NCBI GenBank assembly: GCA_026936335.1
Contig: JAPMXV010000072.1
Span: forward strand, 188,491-252,490
Origin: Mantamonas sphyraenae STR306
Lineage: Eukaryota > Protista > CRuMs
Reading direction: 5' to 3'
DNA: 64,000 bases
The translations under genes and the position numbers were made by a program. The notes under the pieces are model-generated. The model did not search any database and was not told the origin of the DNA. It saw nothing but the letters and a program-made list of their open reading frames with translations. Shown piece after piece: positions 12,728-22,510 of this stretch; position 1 is the first letter of the stretch; every line of letters starts with the position of its first letter.

Positions 12728-14228
12728 ATGGGCATGTCGTCGGAACTCGTGGCGTCGTACAGCCGGGCAGCCTTCTTTGGACTGGCATACATCTCATGCA
12801 CCACCATTGTGTCCATGTTCAACAAAAAGGTGTTTGACGCAGGCTTCCGACTGCCCGTCTCCCTGTGTTTCTTTCAACAACTGGGCAACCTGGTCTTTCT
12901 CCTCGTCGGCCAGTGGCTCATGCAGCAGATGTACCCAGACAAGTATGGGGTCTCCAAATCCGACATGCCCTCCCGTCCTGTGGAAGTGCCCATGTACCAC
13001 ACCGACAAGGTGAGTGAGGTGTCATCCCCTCCGCGCATGGCCGTGTGTGTTTATTCCCTGGCTCACCAAAATGTGCGTTTCGTCCGCGCCCTTTGCCACT
13101 CTCGTTGGACACCACCACGTGCAGTTTTGGCAACGTGTGCACATGCTGTTCCCTGTGGCTCTGTGTTTGGCATTGAACATTGTTCTGACCAACTGGAGTC
13201 TGTTCAAGCTCGATCTGAACGTGTTTATTGTGCTGCGTGCGTCGACCATTGTCTGGATTGTCCTCCTGGGCTACCTCATGCTCGGCCAGCGCGTGTCGGC
13301 CATCAAGGCACTGGCCTGTTCCCTTGTGCTCGTCGGAGGCTTGGCCGTGGCCATTTCTTTTGCCAAGAGTGCGTTGTGGTGACTCTGTGTGTGTGTGTGC
13401 GGTTGTGCCCAAGCGAAAAAGGGAGCGGGCGCGCGGAACGGGGCGTCGGGGAGCCAAAGCAAAGACCCACTCACACACACACACACGCACACACACACAC
13501 ACACACACGCACCCGTCTCACTCATGCTCGCATGCTCCCACGATGACCTACTGCTCCCCTTGGCCACGCTCTGCGTCCACACAGATGCACCGACAAAGCG
13601 CACGCGCACGGTGACGGACAAGGTGGCGGGGGTGGCGTTCTGCTTGGCGTCGACGATTGCCAATGGCTTCATGCTCATTCTGATGAAAAAGGTACTGGCT
13701 GGCCCAGGGATGGCCAATGACACCAGTGGGACGAGTGGCAATGGCAGCGATGAGGAGGACGTGGAGGGTGGGCAGAGTGCAGCGGCGGCTCCCGCAAGCG
13801 ACAACCTCAAGTTTGCCAAGTTTGACTTTTTCTTCTACCAAAGCGTCAACTGTGCAGCGGTGCTGGGCGTGACGGCTCTGATGCTGGAGGGCCTGCCTCT
13901 GTTCCAGGTGCTGCAGAGCGACAGCGCAGGAGAGATCCTGCAGGTGCTGGCGACGTCCTCGTTCATGTCTATCTTTTACCAACTGTCGCTGATTGGACTG
14001 GTGCAATCCACCACGCCCCTGAGCAAGGAGATCATCTCGCAGAGCAAGATCGTGCCGCAGACCATGCTGGCCATTGTGTTTTTCGACGAACACTACACCA
14101 GCACCACGGTCCTGGGCCTCATGGTGGCTGTCTGCGGCTTGGCGCTGTATTCGTATGTGTCCTTCAACGAGGACAAGCGCGCGGTGCAGTCCAAGAGTCT
14201 TGTGGTTCCGTCCAAGCACCGGGAGTGA
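12728..14228 (+). CDS. Nucleotide-sugar/triose-phosphate transporter family (SLC35/TPT); exons 12728-13009, 13125-13368, 13585-14228
   Basis: About 10 TM segments with FNKKVF..GFRLP, LTNWSL, TTPLS..IISQSK motifs. GT-AG introns restore the frame. Confidence 0.8.
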
Positions 14229-14317
14229 AAGTGCACAGCGGAAATGGAACATAATTTTTGATTGACAGCAAAATCACGACTATGGTGAGAATGTTGAATT
14301 TGTAGATGAATCAAAAT

Positions 14318-15085
14318 TTACATATCTTTGGCATCCTGCGACGAGCAGGCTACCAAGCCATCGCCAGACACGAGGTAGTCCACGCAGTAGTCATGGTCGT
14401 CGACGTGAAAGGCGTCCTCTTCGAGGATCTGCACCGTGTGGCAGACTCCGACAAGGACCGGGGGAGGCCGGTTGTTCCGATGGGCAAGGTCGACGGCAGC
14501 GGTGAGCCAGCGATCGTAGAAGCCCTTTCCACGACCACAACGCTTGCCTGACGGGGTAAAGGCTAGGCCAGGCACAAGAACGAGGTCGGGGCCATCGGGG
14601 TGGTCGAGGACGTCGGCCGAGGAGAGAGATTCGTCCTGGTCGTCGCCGTCGGGCTGTACAGTGTCCTCCACGGGCTCGGCAATGCCCAAGGCGTTTGTGT
14701 CAAAGGAGGATGCGTCGGATAGGCGAAGCATGCGCATCTGGCCGTTGTCCAGGTCATCAATGCGTGGCGCGTAGGCGGTGTGGGTTGAGCTTGCAAGGAG
14801 GTGCTCGACGACTGGGCCCACGTCGAGCTCACGCTTCATGGCAAGGTAGACGACGACGTGGTGTGCGTCGGCCAAGAGGTCTGACCCGATGAGCGAGTCG
14901 TTCACAAGCTTTGCTTCTGTGTGCGGGTCGGAAACGGGAACCCGGTCCGCGTCTGCGGCGTCTGAGGAGGATGTGGACGAGATGGAGGAGGAGGAGACAG
15001 TGAGGGAATGGTGAGGGGAGGCAGAGTCATAGAGGGCTCGCAGAGTGGCACGCATCTGCTTGCGCAACGCGGGTTTGGCCAACAT
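14318..15085 (-). CDS. MTHFS: 5-formyltetrahydrofolate cyclo-ligase
   Basis: K..LRKQMR N-terminus, DLVLVPGLAF, RCGRGKGFYDR, HDYCVD. Confidence 0.92.
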   Translation of the reverse strand: MLAKPALRKQMRATLRALYDSASPHHSLTVSSSSISSTSSSDAADADRVPVSDPHTEAKLVNDSLIGSDLLADAHHVVVYLAMKRELDVGPVVEHLLASSTHTAYAPRIDDLDNGQMRMLRLSDASSFDTNALGIAEPVEDTVQPDGDDQDESLSSADVLDHPDGPDLVLVPGLAFTPSGKRCGRGKGFYDRWLTAAVDLAHRNNRPPPVLVGVCHTVQILEEDAFHVDDHDYCVDYLVSGDGLVACSSQDAKDM

Positions 15086-15129
15086 TTTGCGAGTTCCCGA
15101 GAACCAACAAAGCGAGAGAGTTGGGCACG

Positions 15130-18100
15130 ATGTCGCGGTTCAAGCTAAAGAGGAGCAGTGGGCGTGCGTACCAATCTCTATCGCAGGCAGAAGCGAGAGA
15201 AGGGGACGGGGCGACAGGAGTGATGGTGGGGCTGGGAACACAGGGTGCAGGAGGGAGGCAAGGGCAGGTGCAGTCGCAGTCGAGCGCGGTTCGGAAGACG
15301 GGCATGGGGAAACACAAGGGAAAGGACAAAAAGAAGAACATGATCCAGAGCAGCATCACACGACACATCTTGTCGAGTGACATTGCATCGTGGAAGCGGT
15401 GGGAACACGGGGCGGCTGTCGAAAGCGAGTACTTTGGCGGGGCGGGGAGCAGCAACAAGCGCAAGCTGGAGCTGCTTGTAGAGGCAGCAGAGGAGGAGGA
15501 GGAGGCGGAGGAGGCAGAGAGGAATAGGGGAAGGAGGAAGGGTAAGAAGAAGAAGAAGGTGGTTGGGGTGCAACAGGGTGGTGGGGACGCAGGAAGGGTG
15601 GCACGGGTGTGGGCAACGGTGAAGCACACGAGCAAAAGGGCACGTGCAGAGGCAGAAGGAGTGCAAGCAGCACGGGATCGTGTGGTGGCAGAACAGGTGG
15701 CACGTGCTCGACGCAATGGAACGGGGGGTGGTGGCGGTGGTGGTGGTGGAGAGGAGGGGGAGGGGGAGGGGGAGGAGGTGGGGTTGAGTGATCTGCCAAG
15801 CGAGGTGCTGGAGAACATTGTGGGATTCATGAGTGCAGAACAGATGCGGAAAATGAGCACATTGCCTCTGTTTACGAGTTTGTACGAGAACAACATGCGT
15901 ATGGTGTGGCAACTGGCGTACCATGGGGATCACGGGGCACGCAGGGTGATTGCCGAGCAGAAGTTGACGCCTGGAGATCTGTCCCAAGGCAAGACGCTCG
16001 TGCATGTGCTACGTGCACTGAGCAAGGACAAGAGACACCAGAGAGGGGAGCACACGTCTGTGTTTTATGCGCTGTTGGCAGGAGGGAGCGAACACGGGTT
16101 GCCCGTGGAGATGGAGACGTTGAACGCAGCGTATGCGCTGTGCGAAGAACACAGGATCGACGTGGAGCGCATGGAGGCTGTGTTGTTGCTTCTGCTGTTG
16201 TTGTGCAAGGATGAGGAACAGATGTATGCGCTTGTGCACCGGTTGACGACGGCATGTAGGCAATGTCAGGCGCATCTGCAGCCGAATGGGCAGCCTGTGG
16301 CCAGCTACTGCTACGGAGATGCAGGGAAGGTGTCGATGTGGAACGCAGCTGTGATGGAGTGGGCAGAGGAGCCTGGGATGGTGGCTTCGTTGCCACCAAA
16401 CAGGCGCAGGGAGCTGAGGGAAGCCGAGAGTGCCCTGGAGACAGGCAGCATGCGACGATGCAACGGCCCAAGTGGACACTTGCGCATGCATTTGAGGTCG
16501 CAGAGGGTGTGGGCACGCAATCGGGTGGGTGTACAGCAGTCGTGGACGGCGGCAGAGGTGAAGGAGGTGTTGTATGCGGCGCTGTTGCGGTTCCGTGAGG
16601 GGAACCTGGCACAGACGACGGGGCGAGCAGGGATTGGGTTTGGAAGGGACGTGGAGGCAGTGTTGGCACGCATGGACACGTATAGTCTGCCCTGGGCGCC
16701 GTTGAGCAGTGGGATGCTGAGCAACGAGCAGGTGCAGGTGGTGGCGTGCGATGTGAAGCCTGGCCAGGTGCTCAAGGTGACGGCGTATGCAGGGACAGGC
16801 AAGACAACAACGCTGGTGCACTACTGTCGACTGAGGCCGCGCTTGCGGTTCCTGTACCTTGCGTTCAACAAGGCGATTGCCGAGGAGGCCAAGAGCAAGT
16901 TTCCGTCGAATGTACGGTGCAGCACGTTCCATTCGATGGCGTGGCGGTACACGGGTAGGCTGTACCAGCACAAAGTCAAGGGGCAGGTGAGCCCGTCCGA
17001 GGTTGTGAACTGCCTGGACTTTCAGTTTGCGCGGGTGATGACGGTGTGCAGGATGGTGGTGGCGACGGTGGTGGGCTTTCTGGCGAGTGCAGACGACAAC
17101 CTGGGCAAGAAACACATCCCGGAGCAGGCCAAGCGGTACCACCACACAGTGACCCAACAACTGGAGAAGCTGCAGCAGGACTTGGGAGTGGCGACGCCGT
17201 CCGAGGCAACCAAGAAGCAGAAGCGGATGGAGGAGATCACCGAGGCGTACAAGGCACTTGCAGAGTGTGGACTGACGTTGTCAGACAGCGAAGCAGTGAG
17301 TCTGGGCGAGTTTTACTGCTCGGTGCGGCGGAAGCGTACGCGTTTGGATGTGAGCAAGCTGCCGTTTCCAGACTATGTCAAAATGGGGCGTACGGTGTGG
17401 CAGGAGATGCAGCGTGTGGACAGCACTGCGGTCAGCATGACATTCGATGGGTACTTGAAGCTGGCACAGCTGGAGAGGGAGCATCTGAAGCTGGAAGAGG
17501 AGTACGATGTGATTCTGGTGGACGAGGCACAAGATCTGACACCGGCCAACACGTCGCTGCTGGAGGCCCAAACCGGCTGTGGCCGCATTTACGTGGGCGA
17601 TTCACACCAGCAAATCTACTCGTGGCGTGGCGCTGTGGATGCGTTGTCCAAGGTGGACGGACAGGAGTTGTTTCTGACACACAGTTTCCGATTCGGGCGT
17701 CGCATCGCAGCGGTGGCGACGCAGGTGTTGCATGCGATGGACCCGAAAGCACCGGACGTGGTGGGGCGGAATGGGAATGGGGTTGTGATGAGTTCGTTGG
17801 TGCAGGACGGGGTGTTAAGCGCACTGGCGGCCGAGGAGCAGACGTACGAGGACGAATGGCGAGCAGGGATGAGCAGCGGGGATGGTGTGGATGTGTGCAG
17901 CAGCAGCAGCAGTAGCAGTAGCAGTGAGGTGGGCAGTCAGGAAGAGAGTGGGTCGGATGGGAACGAGGATCTGGACGATTTTGACATGGGGTTGGGGGTG
18001 GACCAGAGTGTGAGTGCGCTGAGGGTGAACTATGGGCGTGTGCGTGTGTATGGGGAGCAGGAGGCAGCACGTGGCACGGCGCACTTTGTGCCGTCGTTGA

Positions 18101-19278
18101 GTGTGAAGAAGGGCAAGGAGGATCCGCGTGCTGGGATGGTGTTGGAAGACACATCATCGTCGTCGTCGTCGTTGTCGCAGCAACGGGGAGCAGGGGGCGT
18201 TGTGCGGAAGGAGGTGCGACGCAAGGTAGGCTGTGCTCGGTTCATGGTGGTGTTGTGTCGATCGAACGCAGGGATGTTTCGGGAGGCGATCCGGTATGTG
18301 GGGACACACCAGGTGCGGTTTATGAGCAAGGGTGCGTTTACACGATTTCAGGAGCGTGTGCGGCTGATCCGAGATCTGGTGTATCTGATGACGGGCCAGA
18401 CACAGCTGATTCGCAAGAAGGAGCTGCGTGAGTTTGGGTCGCTGGAAGAGGCGTTGCAGAGCGCAGAGGCGTTGGAGGACATGGAGATGGAGTCGTGCAT
18501 TCGATTGGTGGAGAAACGTGGGGAGGCGCTGTTGGAGGAGCTGCGTGGGGTGGGTGGGAAGCTGGCGGCGGTGACGGATCTGCAGGATCTGCAGTCTGTG
18601 TTGGACGCAGAGATGGAGCAGGAGCGGAGGGGCGAATGGTGGAAGCCTGTGGTGTTGCTAAGCACAACACATCAGTGCAAAGGGTTGGAGTTTGATCACG
18701 TGAGGCTGAGCGACGACTTTGTGGATTTGGTTGGGATTGCGTCGGGATTGGAGGAGATGAGAAGGAACAAGGGGAGGAGCAGCAGCAACGGCAGCAGCAG
18801 CAGCAGCAGCAGCGATGTGACTGTGAGTATGCCGCGGCGGCAGAAGGAAGAGTTGAACCTGTTGTATGTGGCATGCACACGAGCACGCAAGGTGTTGGAG
18901 TTGTCACCTGGATTGGAGCGCGGGTTGGTGCACCTGCTGGGGAGCAACCGACGGCCTGTGTTGCGTCCGCCTGGCCTTGTGTTTGGGATGGGCAGTGACG
19001 TGTGTGTGCAGGATGACAAGGACGCGGTGCGGTGTGTGGAGTGTCTGCGTGCAAGTGGAGCAGACAGGGAGGACGACGGGTTGGTGTGGAGTCGTCCCTT
19101 GTCGTCGTGGTGGCGCTTCTGTGGGGATGGGATGGCTGACCATGCGTATGGGTTTGTGTGTGGCATGTGTGCGTTCCAGGGAGGGGGGAAGGTGTTGTGC
19201 AGTCTGCGTCGAGCGGGACGAGGCGTGGGTGAGGCCGAGGAGGCTGAGGAAGGGGATGAGGAGGCATTTGAGCCCTAA
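15130..19278 (+). CDS. FBH1: F-box DNA helicase 1-like UvrD/SF1 helicase
   Basis: F-box LSDLPSEVLENIV; AYAGTGKTTTL, YLAFNK, DEAQD, VGDSHQQIYSWRGA, SFRFG, TTHQCKGLEFD, NLLYVACTRA. Confidence 0.88.
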   Translation: MSRFKLKRSSGRAYQSLSQAEAREGDGATGVMVGLGTQGAGGRQGQVQSQSSAVRKTGMGKHKGKDKKKNMIQSSITRHILSSDIASWKRWEHGAAVESEYFGGAGSSNKRKLELLVEAAEEEEEAEEAERNRGRRKGKKKKKVVGVQQGGGDAGRVARVWATVKHTSKRARAEAEGVQAARDRVVAEQVARARRNGTGGGGGGGGGEEGEGEGEEVGLSDLPSEVLENIVGFMSAEQMRKMSTLPLFTSLYENNMRMVWQLAYHGDHGARRVIAEQKLTPGDLSQGKTLVHVLRALSKDKRHQRGEHTSVFYALLAGGSEHGLPVEMETLNAAYALCEEHRIDVERMEAVLLLLLLLCKDEEQMYALVHRLTTACRQCQAHLQPNGQPVASYCYGDAGKVSMWNAAVMEWAEEPGMVASLPPNRRRELREAESALETGSMRRCNGPSGHLRMHLRSQRVWARNRVGVQQSWTAAEVKEVLYAALLRFREGNLAQTTGRAGIGFGRDVEAVLARMDTYSLPWAPLSSGMLSNEQVQVVACDVKPGQVLKVTAYAGTGKTTTLVHYCRLRPRLRFLYLAFNKAIAEEAKSKFPSNVRCSTFHSMAWRYTGRLYQHKVKGQVSPSEVVNCLDFQFARVMTVCRMVVATVVGFLASADDNLGKKHIPEQAKRYHHTVTQQLEKLQQDLGVATPSEATKKQKRMEEITEAYKALAECGLTLSDSEAVSLGEFYCSVRRKRTRLDVSKLPFPDYVKMGRTVWQEMQRVDSTAVSMTFDGYLKLAQLEREHLKLEEEYDVILVDEAQDLTPANTSLLEAQTGCGRIYVGDSHQQIYSWRGAVDALSKVDGQELFLTHSFRFGRRIAAVATQVLHAMDPKAPDVVGRNGNGVVMSSLVQDGVLSALAAEEQTYEDEWRAGMSSGDGVDVCSSSSSSSSSEVGSQEESGSDGNEDLDDFDMGLGVDQSVSALRVNYGRVRVYGEQEAARGTAHFVPSLSVKKGKEDPRAGMVLEDTSSSSSSLSQQRGAGGVVRKEVRRKVGCARFMVVLCRSNAGMFREAIRYVGTHQVRFMSKGAFTRFQERVRLIRDLVYLMTGQTQLIRKKELREFGSLEEALQSAEALEDMEMESCIRLVEKRGEALLEELRGVGGKLAAVTDLQDLQSVLDAEMEQERRGEWWKPVVLLSTTHQCKGLEFDHVRLSDDFVDLVGIASGLEEMRRNKGRSSSNGSSSSSSSDVTVSMPRRQKEELNLLYVACTRARKVLELSPGLERGLVHLLGSNRRPVLRPPGLVFGMGSDVCVQDDKDAVRCVECLRASGADREDDGLVWSRPLSSWWRFCGDGMADHAYGFVCGMCAFQGGGKVLCSLRRAGRGVGEAEEAEEGDEEAFEP

Positions 19279-19281
19279 GTG

Positions 19282-19283
19282 TC

Positions 19284-19336
<53 letters not shown>

Positions 19337-19845
19337 TTTGTAGATATCTTTGGGTTGGGATTGCTGCTGCTGTCGTCGTTGATGTGTTGGAGGTCTGCGT
19401 CTTGTTCGCCGCCAATGTTTGTGTCGAGGTCGTCGAGGGCGCGAAACTCGTGCCAGGCCTGGTCTGAAGCTTGGTCAGAGGCGTCCATGGAGGAGAGGAG
19501 GGGACGAAAGACGTGTGTGAGGGCAGTCTCAAAGAGGGAGACGTCGAGGTCGGCCAGCCAGGCCAAGCGCGGGCAGAGGGTTTGGTTGGCGGTGTACTCG
19601 CCAATGAGAAAGATGGAGTCACCGGGCACAAAGGAGAGGGCTGGGAGGAGATGTGTGTCGACGGTGAGGACCAGAGAGTCGTCGTGGAGGTCGGCAAGGA
19701 GGAGGAGGTCTTCGGAAAGGCGAAGGGAGTGGACGGTGCCCCAGGTGCGGACGGTGACCTTTTGTTGGGGAGTGTCCATGGCAAGGATCTCCTGGACGGT
19801 GGTGAGCTGGCCGTGGGTGACTGCAGGGCTGTCGTAGAAGGTCAT
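19282..19845 (-). CDS. TEN1: OB-fold protein resembling CST complex subunit TEN1
   Basis: VRTWGTV...LTVDTHLL...GDSIFLIGE...LCPRLA...LDVSLFETAL matches the remembered TEN1 pattern. The poly-Ser tail comes from a (TGA)n tract. Confidence 0.6.
19285..19334 (+). repeat. (TGA)n microsatellite
   Basis: About 17 perfect triplets; encodes the poly-Ser tail of the TEN1-like gene on the minus strand. Confidence 0.9.
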
Positions 19846-19914
19846 TGTTGGAGAGTTGGAGAGTGAGTGTGGTTTGGGAAGCGCACGCGCAAGCGCAGGT
19901 ACGCACAGAAGAAA

Positions 19915-20805
19915 ATGGCTGCGAATCTGCTGACAGTGTGTGCGAGGGGTGATGCGACTGAAGAGGAGGTGGAGGAAGCAGTGCAGGCAGCGGGAGGGCG
20001 TGTGGACATGCGGAATAGGCGTAGGAGGACGCCGTTGCTCTGTGCGGTGTCGTGCAAGAATGTGGGGGCCATGAGGGTGTTGTTTGGGCATGGTGCAGAC
20101 GCAAACGATGTGGACTCTATGTACATGTGGGCGTGTGTGCACCAGGCGGCCAGTGGAGGCAGTGTGGCGGTGCTGGAGGAGTTGGCGCGCCACGGGGCGG
20201 ATCTGGAGGTGTTGACGCGATCGAATGAGAACTGTGTGTTTTTGGCGGCGGGCAAGGGACACACAGAGGCAGTGAAGTGGTTGTTGTGTCATGGGGTCGA
20301 TGGCAGTGTGCCAAACATGCATGGGCGGTCGGGGCTGATGAAGGCAGTGGAGAAGGGCCACCTGGACACGGTGCTGCTGATGTTGGTGGCACGGTGTGAG
20401 ACGAAGCATGGGTTTCTGCGTGGGAACAGCGAGTTTTGGGCAGCATTGGCCAAGTTGGAGAGTGGCGGGGCAAAGGAGATCCACAGGGAGCACCCGCGGT
20501 TGTTGGAGGGGATGGACATCGAGTGGGGATGGGATGTGCATGATTTGCTGCCTGAACAGGTGGATGTGGAGGTGGAGAGTGTGTTGGTGATGAATGAGGT
20601 GGAGGAGGAGGAGTTGTTTGCAGCTGGGAACGTAGAGTCGTATGTGCCGAGTGGATTGTGGCATGCACAGCCACAGGAGGTGTTGGACAGGATTGTGGCA
20701 CATGTGGGGTCGTGTGTGGTGGCGGGTGGTGGGCAGGATGGTGAGGATGGGGAGGACGGGGAGGCGATGGGGGAGACACCTGAATCGTTGGGAAACGCAA
20801 GATGA
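19915..20805 (+). CDS. Ankyrin-repeat protein with a C-terminal domain shared with the subtelomeric LRR family
   Basis: About 4 ANK repeats (RTPLLCAV, ACVHQAA, NCVFLAA, RSGLMKAV); tail QVDVEVESVLVMN...WHAQPQEVLDRIVAHVG. Confidence 0.8.
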   Translation: MAANLLTVCARGDATEEEVEEAVQAAGGRVDMRNRRRRTPLLCAVSCKNVGAMRVLFGHGADANDVDSMYMWACVHQAASGGSVAVLEELARHGADLEVLTRSNENCVFLAAGKGHTEAVKWLLCHGVDGSVPNMHGRSGLMKAVEKGHLDTVLLMLVARCETKHGFLRGNSEFWAALAKLESGGAKEIHREHPRLLEGMDIEWGWDVHDLLPEQVDVEVESVLVMNEVEEEELFAAGNVESYVPSGLWHAQPQEVLDRIVAHVGSCVVAGGGQDGEDGEDGEAMGETPESLGNAR

Positions 20806-21800
20806 GTGAACAAGTTTCGTCCGCCAATGGCACGCGCACCCTGTTTGTGGGAGGCAACTGGAAGATGGTGAGTGTGGGGACGAGTGGGGACGAGTGGGGA
20901 CGGGGGAGGAGGGTGGGGATTGGGAAGCCGGAAAAAAAGCGGGGAGGGAGAAAGGAAGAGTCACGGGAGCTGACACACAGAGATGGGGACGTGGTTGGAC
21001 GCACGACGACGACGGCGGTGGGGGCATGTGTGCTGGATGGATGATGTGGCCTGCAGAATGGCAGCAAGGGCTTTGCAGGTGAGCTTGCAGGGGATTTGAA
21101 GGCGGCGACGCTGGAGGTGGAGACGGAGGTTGTGATCTTCCCTCCTGCGCTGTATGCAGGGCAGGTGGCGGAGGCTGTGGGAGAGCGTATCCAGGTGGGA
21201 CTGCAGAACTGTGCACACGTGCAGTCGGGCGCGTTTACGGGAGAGCTGTCGCCGTCGATGGTGAAGGACAGTGGGTTCGAGTGGGTTCTGATTGGCCACA
21301 GCGAACGTCGGCACGTGTTTGGCGAGTCGCAGGAGCTGCTGAACCAAAAGGTGGCATTGGCACTGGAGACGGGTTTGAAGCTGATCTACTGCATTGGAGA
21401 GACAGAGGAGGAGCGGGAGAACGGGGCAACCGAGTCTGTGCTGCAGGCTCAGATGGACGGCCTGGTGAGCAGTGTGGCCTCGGAGGAGGGATGGGCCAAC
21501 GTGGTGGTTGCGTATGAACCGGTGTGGGCCATTGGCACAGGCAAGGTGGCCACTCCCGAGCAGGCAGGTGAGACACACGCCATGCTGCGAGAGTACCTCA
21601 ACGCACAGGTGAGTGCCAAGGTTGCCTTTGACACACGCATCCTGTACGGAGGGTCTGTGAAGCCGGACAACAGCGAGGATCTGATTGCCATGCCCCACAT
21701 CGATGGGTTCCTTGTGGGCGGCGCTTCCTTGAAGCTGGAACCGTTTGTGGACATTGTCAACTCGACGGCCAAGAGCCAGGGCTTTGATTGGAGTGTGTAG
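20802..21800 (+). CDS. TPI1: Triosephosphate isomerase; exons 20802-20867 and 21057-21800
   Basis: FVGGNWKM/NG, GAFTGE, IGHSERR, AYEPVWAIGTG, YGGSV, GFLVGGASLK. Confidence 0.97.
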
Positions 21801-21841
21801 AGTGTCTACGGGAGGAGGGGGAGGATTGGGAAATGGAATCA

Positions 21842-22444
21842 TCAGACTTTCATGTCGTACGCAAGGATGTCGGCGACCGAGTCGTAGTCGTACGTGTCGG
21901 TGGCGTAGTAGGGGTCGTTGACAATGAGTTGCTGGGAGGAGGCGTCGTAGCCGGTGACAAGGACAAAGTGGCTCTTGTTGCGGACATGGGCAATGGAGAC
22001 GCGAGTGACAGAGTCGATCCAGGACTGGAGAGTGGCAAAGGAGGGCTTCTGGGCCTCCGAGACAAAGGAGACGCCGGAAAAGGCGTTGACGCTGTCGAGG
22101 ACAAGGTTGGCACAGTCACCATCGATGCACGTGTAGCCCTTGTTTGCACGGAGCCACTGGTTGAGGAGACCAGGGTTCACGCGTTGTCCAGCCACGGTGT
22201 GGTTGCGTGACGCGAGGGCCATGGAGACGCAGGACATGGCACAGCCCTGTTGACAGATGGTGATGTGGTCGGCCATGGTGTTGTTGGCCCAGTGGGGGTC
22301 GCATTGGAGGAAGTGCGGGTAGGGGAAGGGGACGAGGGAGGAGGAGGAGGAGGCAGCAGCAACACACATGGCGAGAGAAATGAGGAGGAGGAGGAGGAGG
22401 AGGAGGAGGAGGGGTGTGGGGTTGGGTTTGTGATGGGATGTCAT
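21842..22444 (-). CDS. Secreted peptidase C39-like (papain-fold) protein
   Basis: Leu-rich signal peptide; QCDPHW...TICQQGCAMSCVSMAL (Cys), SHFVLVTGY (His), VNDP (Asp). Confidence 0.75.
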   Translation of the reverse strand: MTSHHKPNPTPLLLLLLLLLLISLAMCVAAASSSSSLVPFPYPHFLQCDPHWANNTMADHITICQQGCAMSCVSMALASRNHTVAGQRVNPGLLNQWLRANKGYTCIDGDCANLVLDSVNAFSGVSFVSEAQKPSFATLQSWIDSVTRVSIAHVRNKSHFVLVTGYDASSQQLIVNDPYYATDTYDYDSVADILAYDMKV

Positions 22445-22510
22445 GGGTGGACTGATGGTTGGGTTGGATGCGGAGGGGGAAGCACGTTTTCCATTGGGAG
22501 AAGAGCTGAG

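Noticed and set aside
15130-19845. FBH1 and TEN1-like adjacency as a telomere-maintenance cluster
   Set aside because: Neighbouring genes are functionally unrelated throughout this region, so the adjacency is likely chance.
19846-21216. 644-aa minus-strand ORF 19282-21216
   Set aside because: Only the last 187 codons look like a real protein (TEN1-like); the rest is antisense to the ANK and TPI genes.
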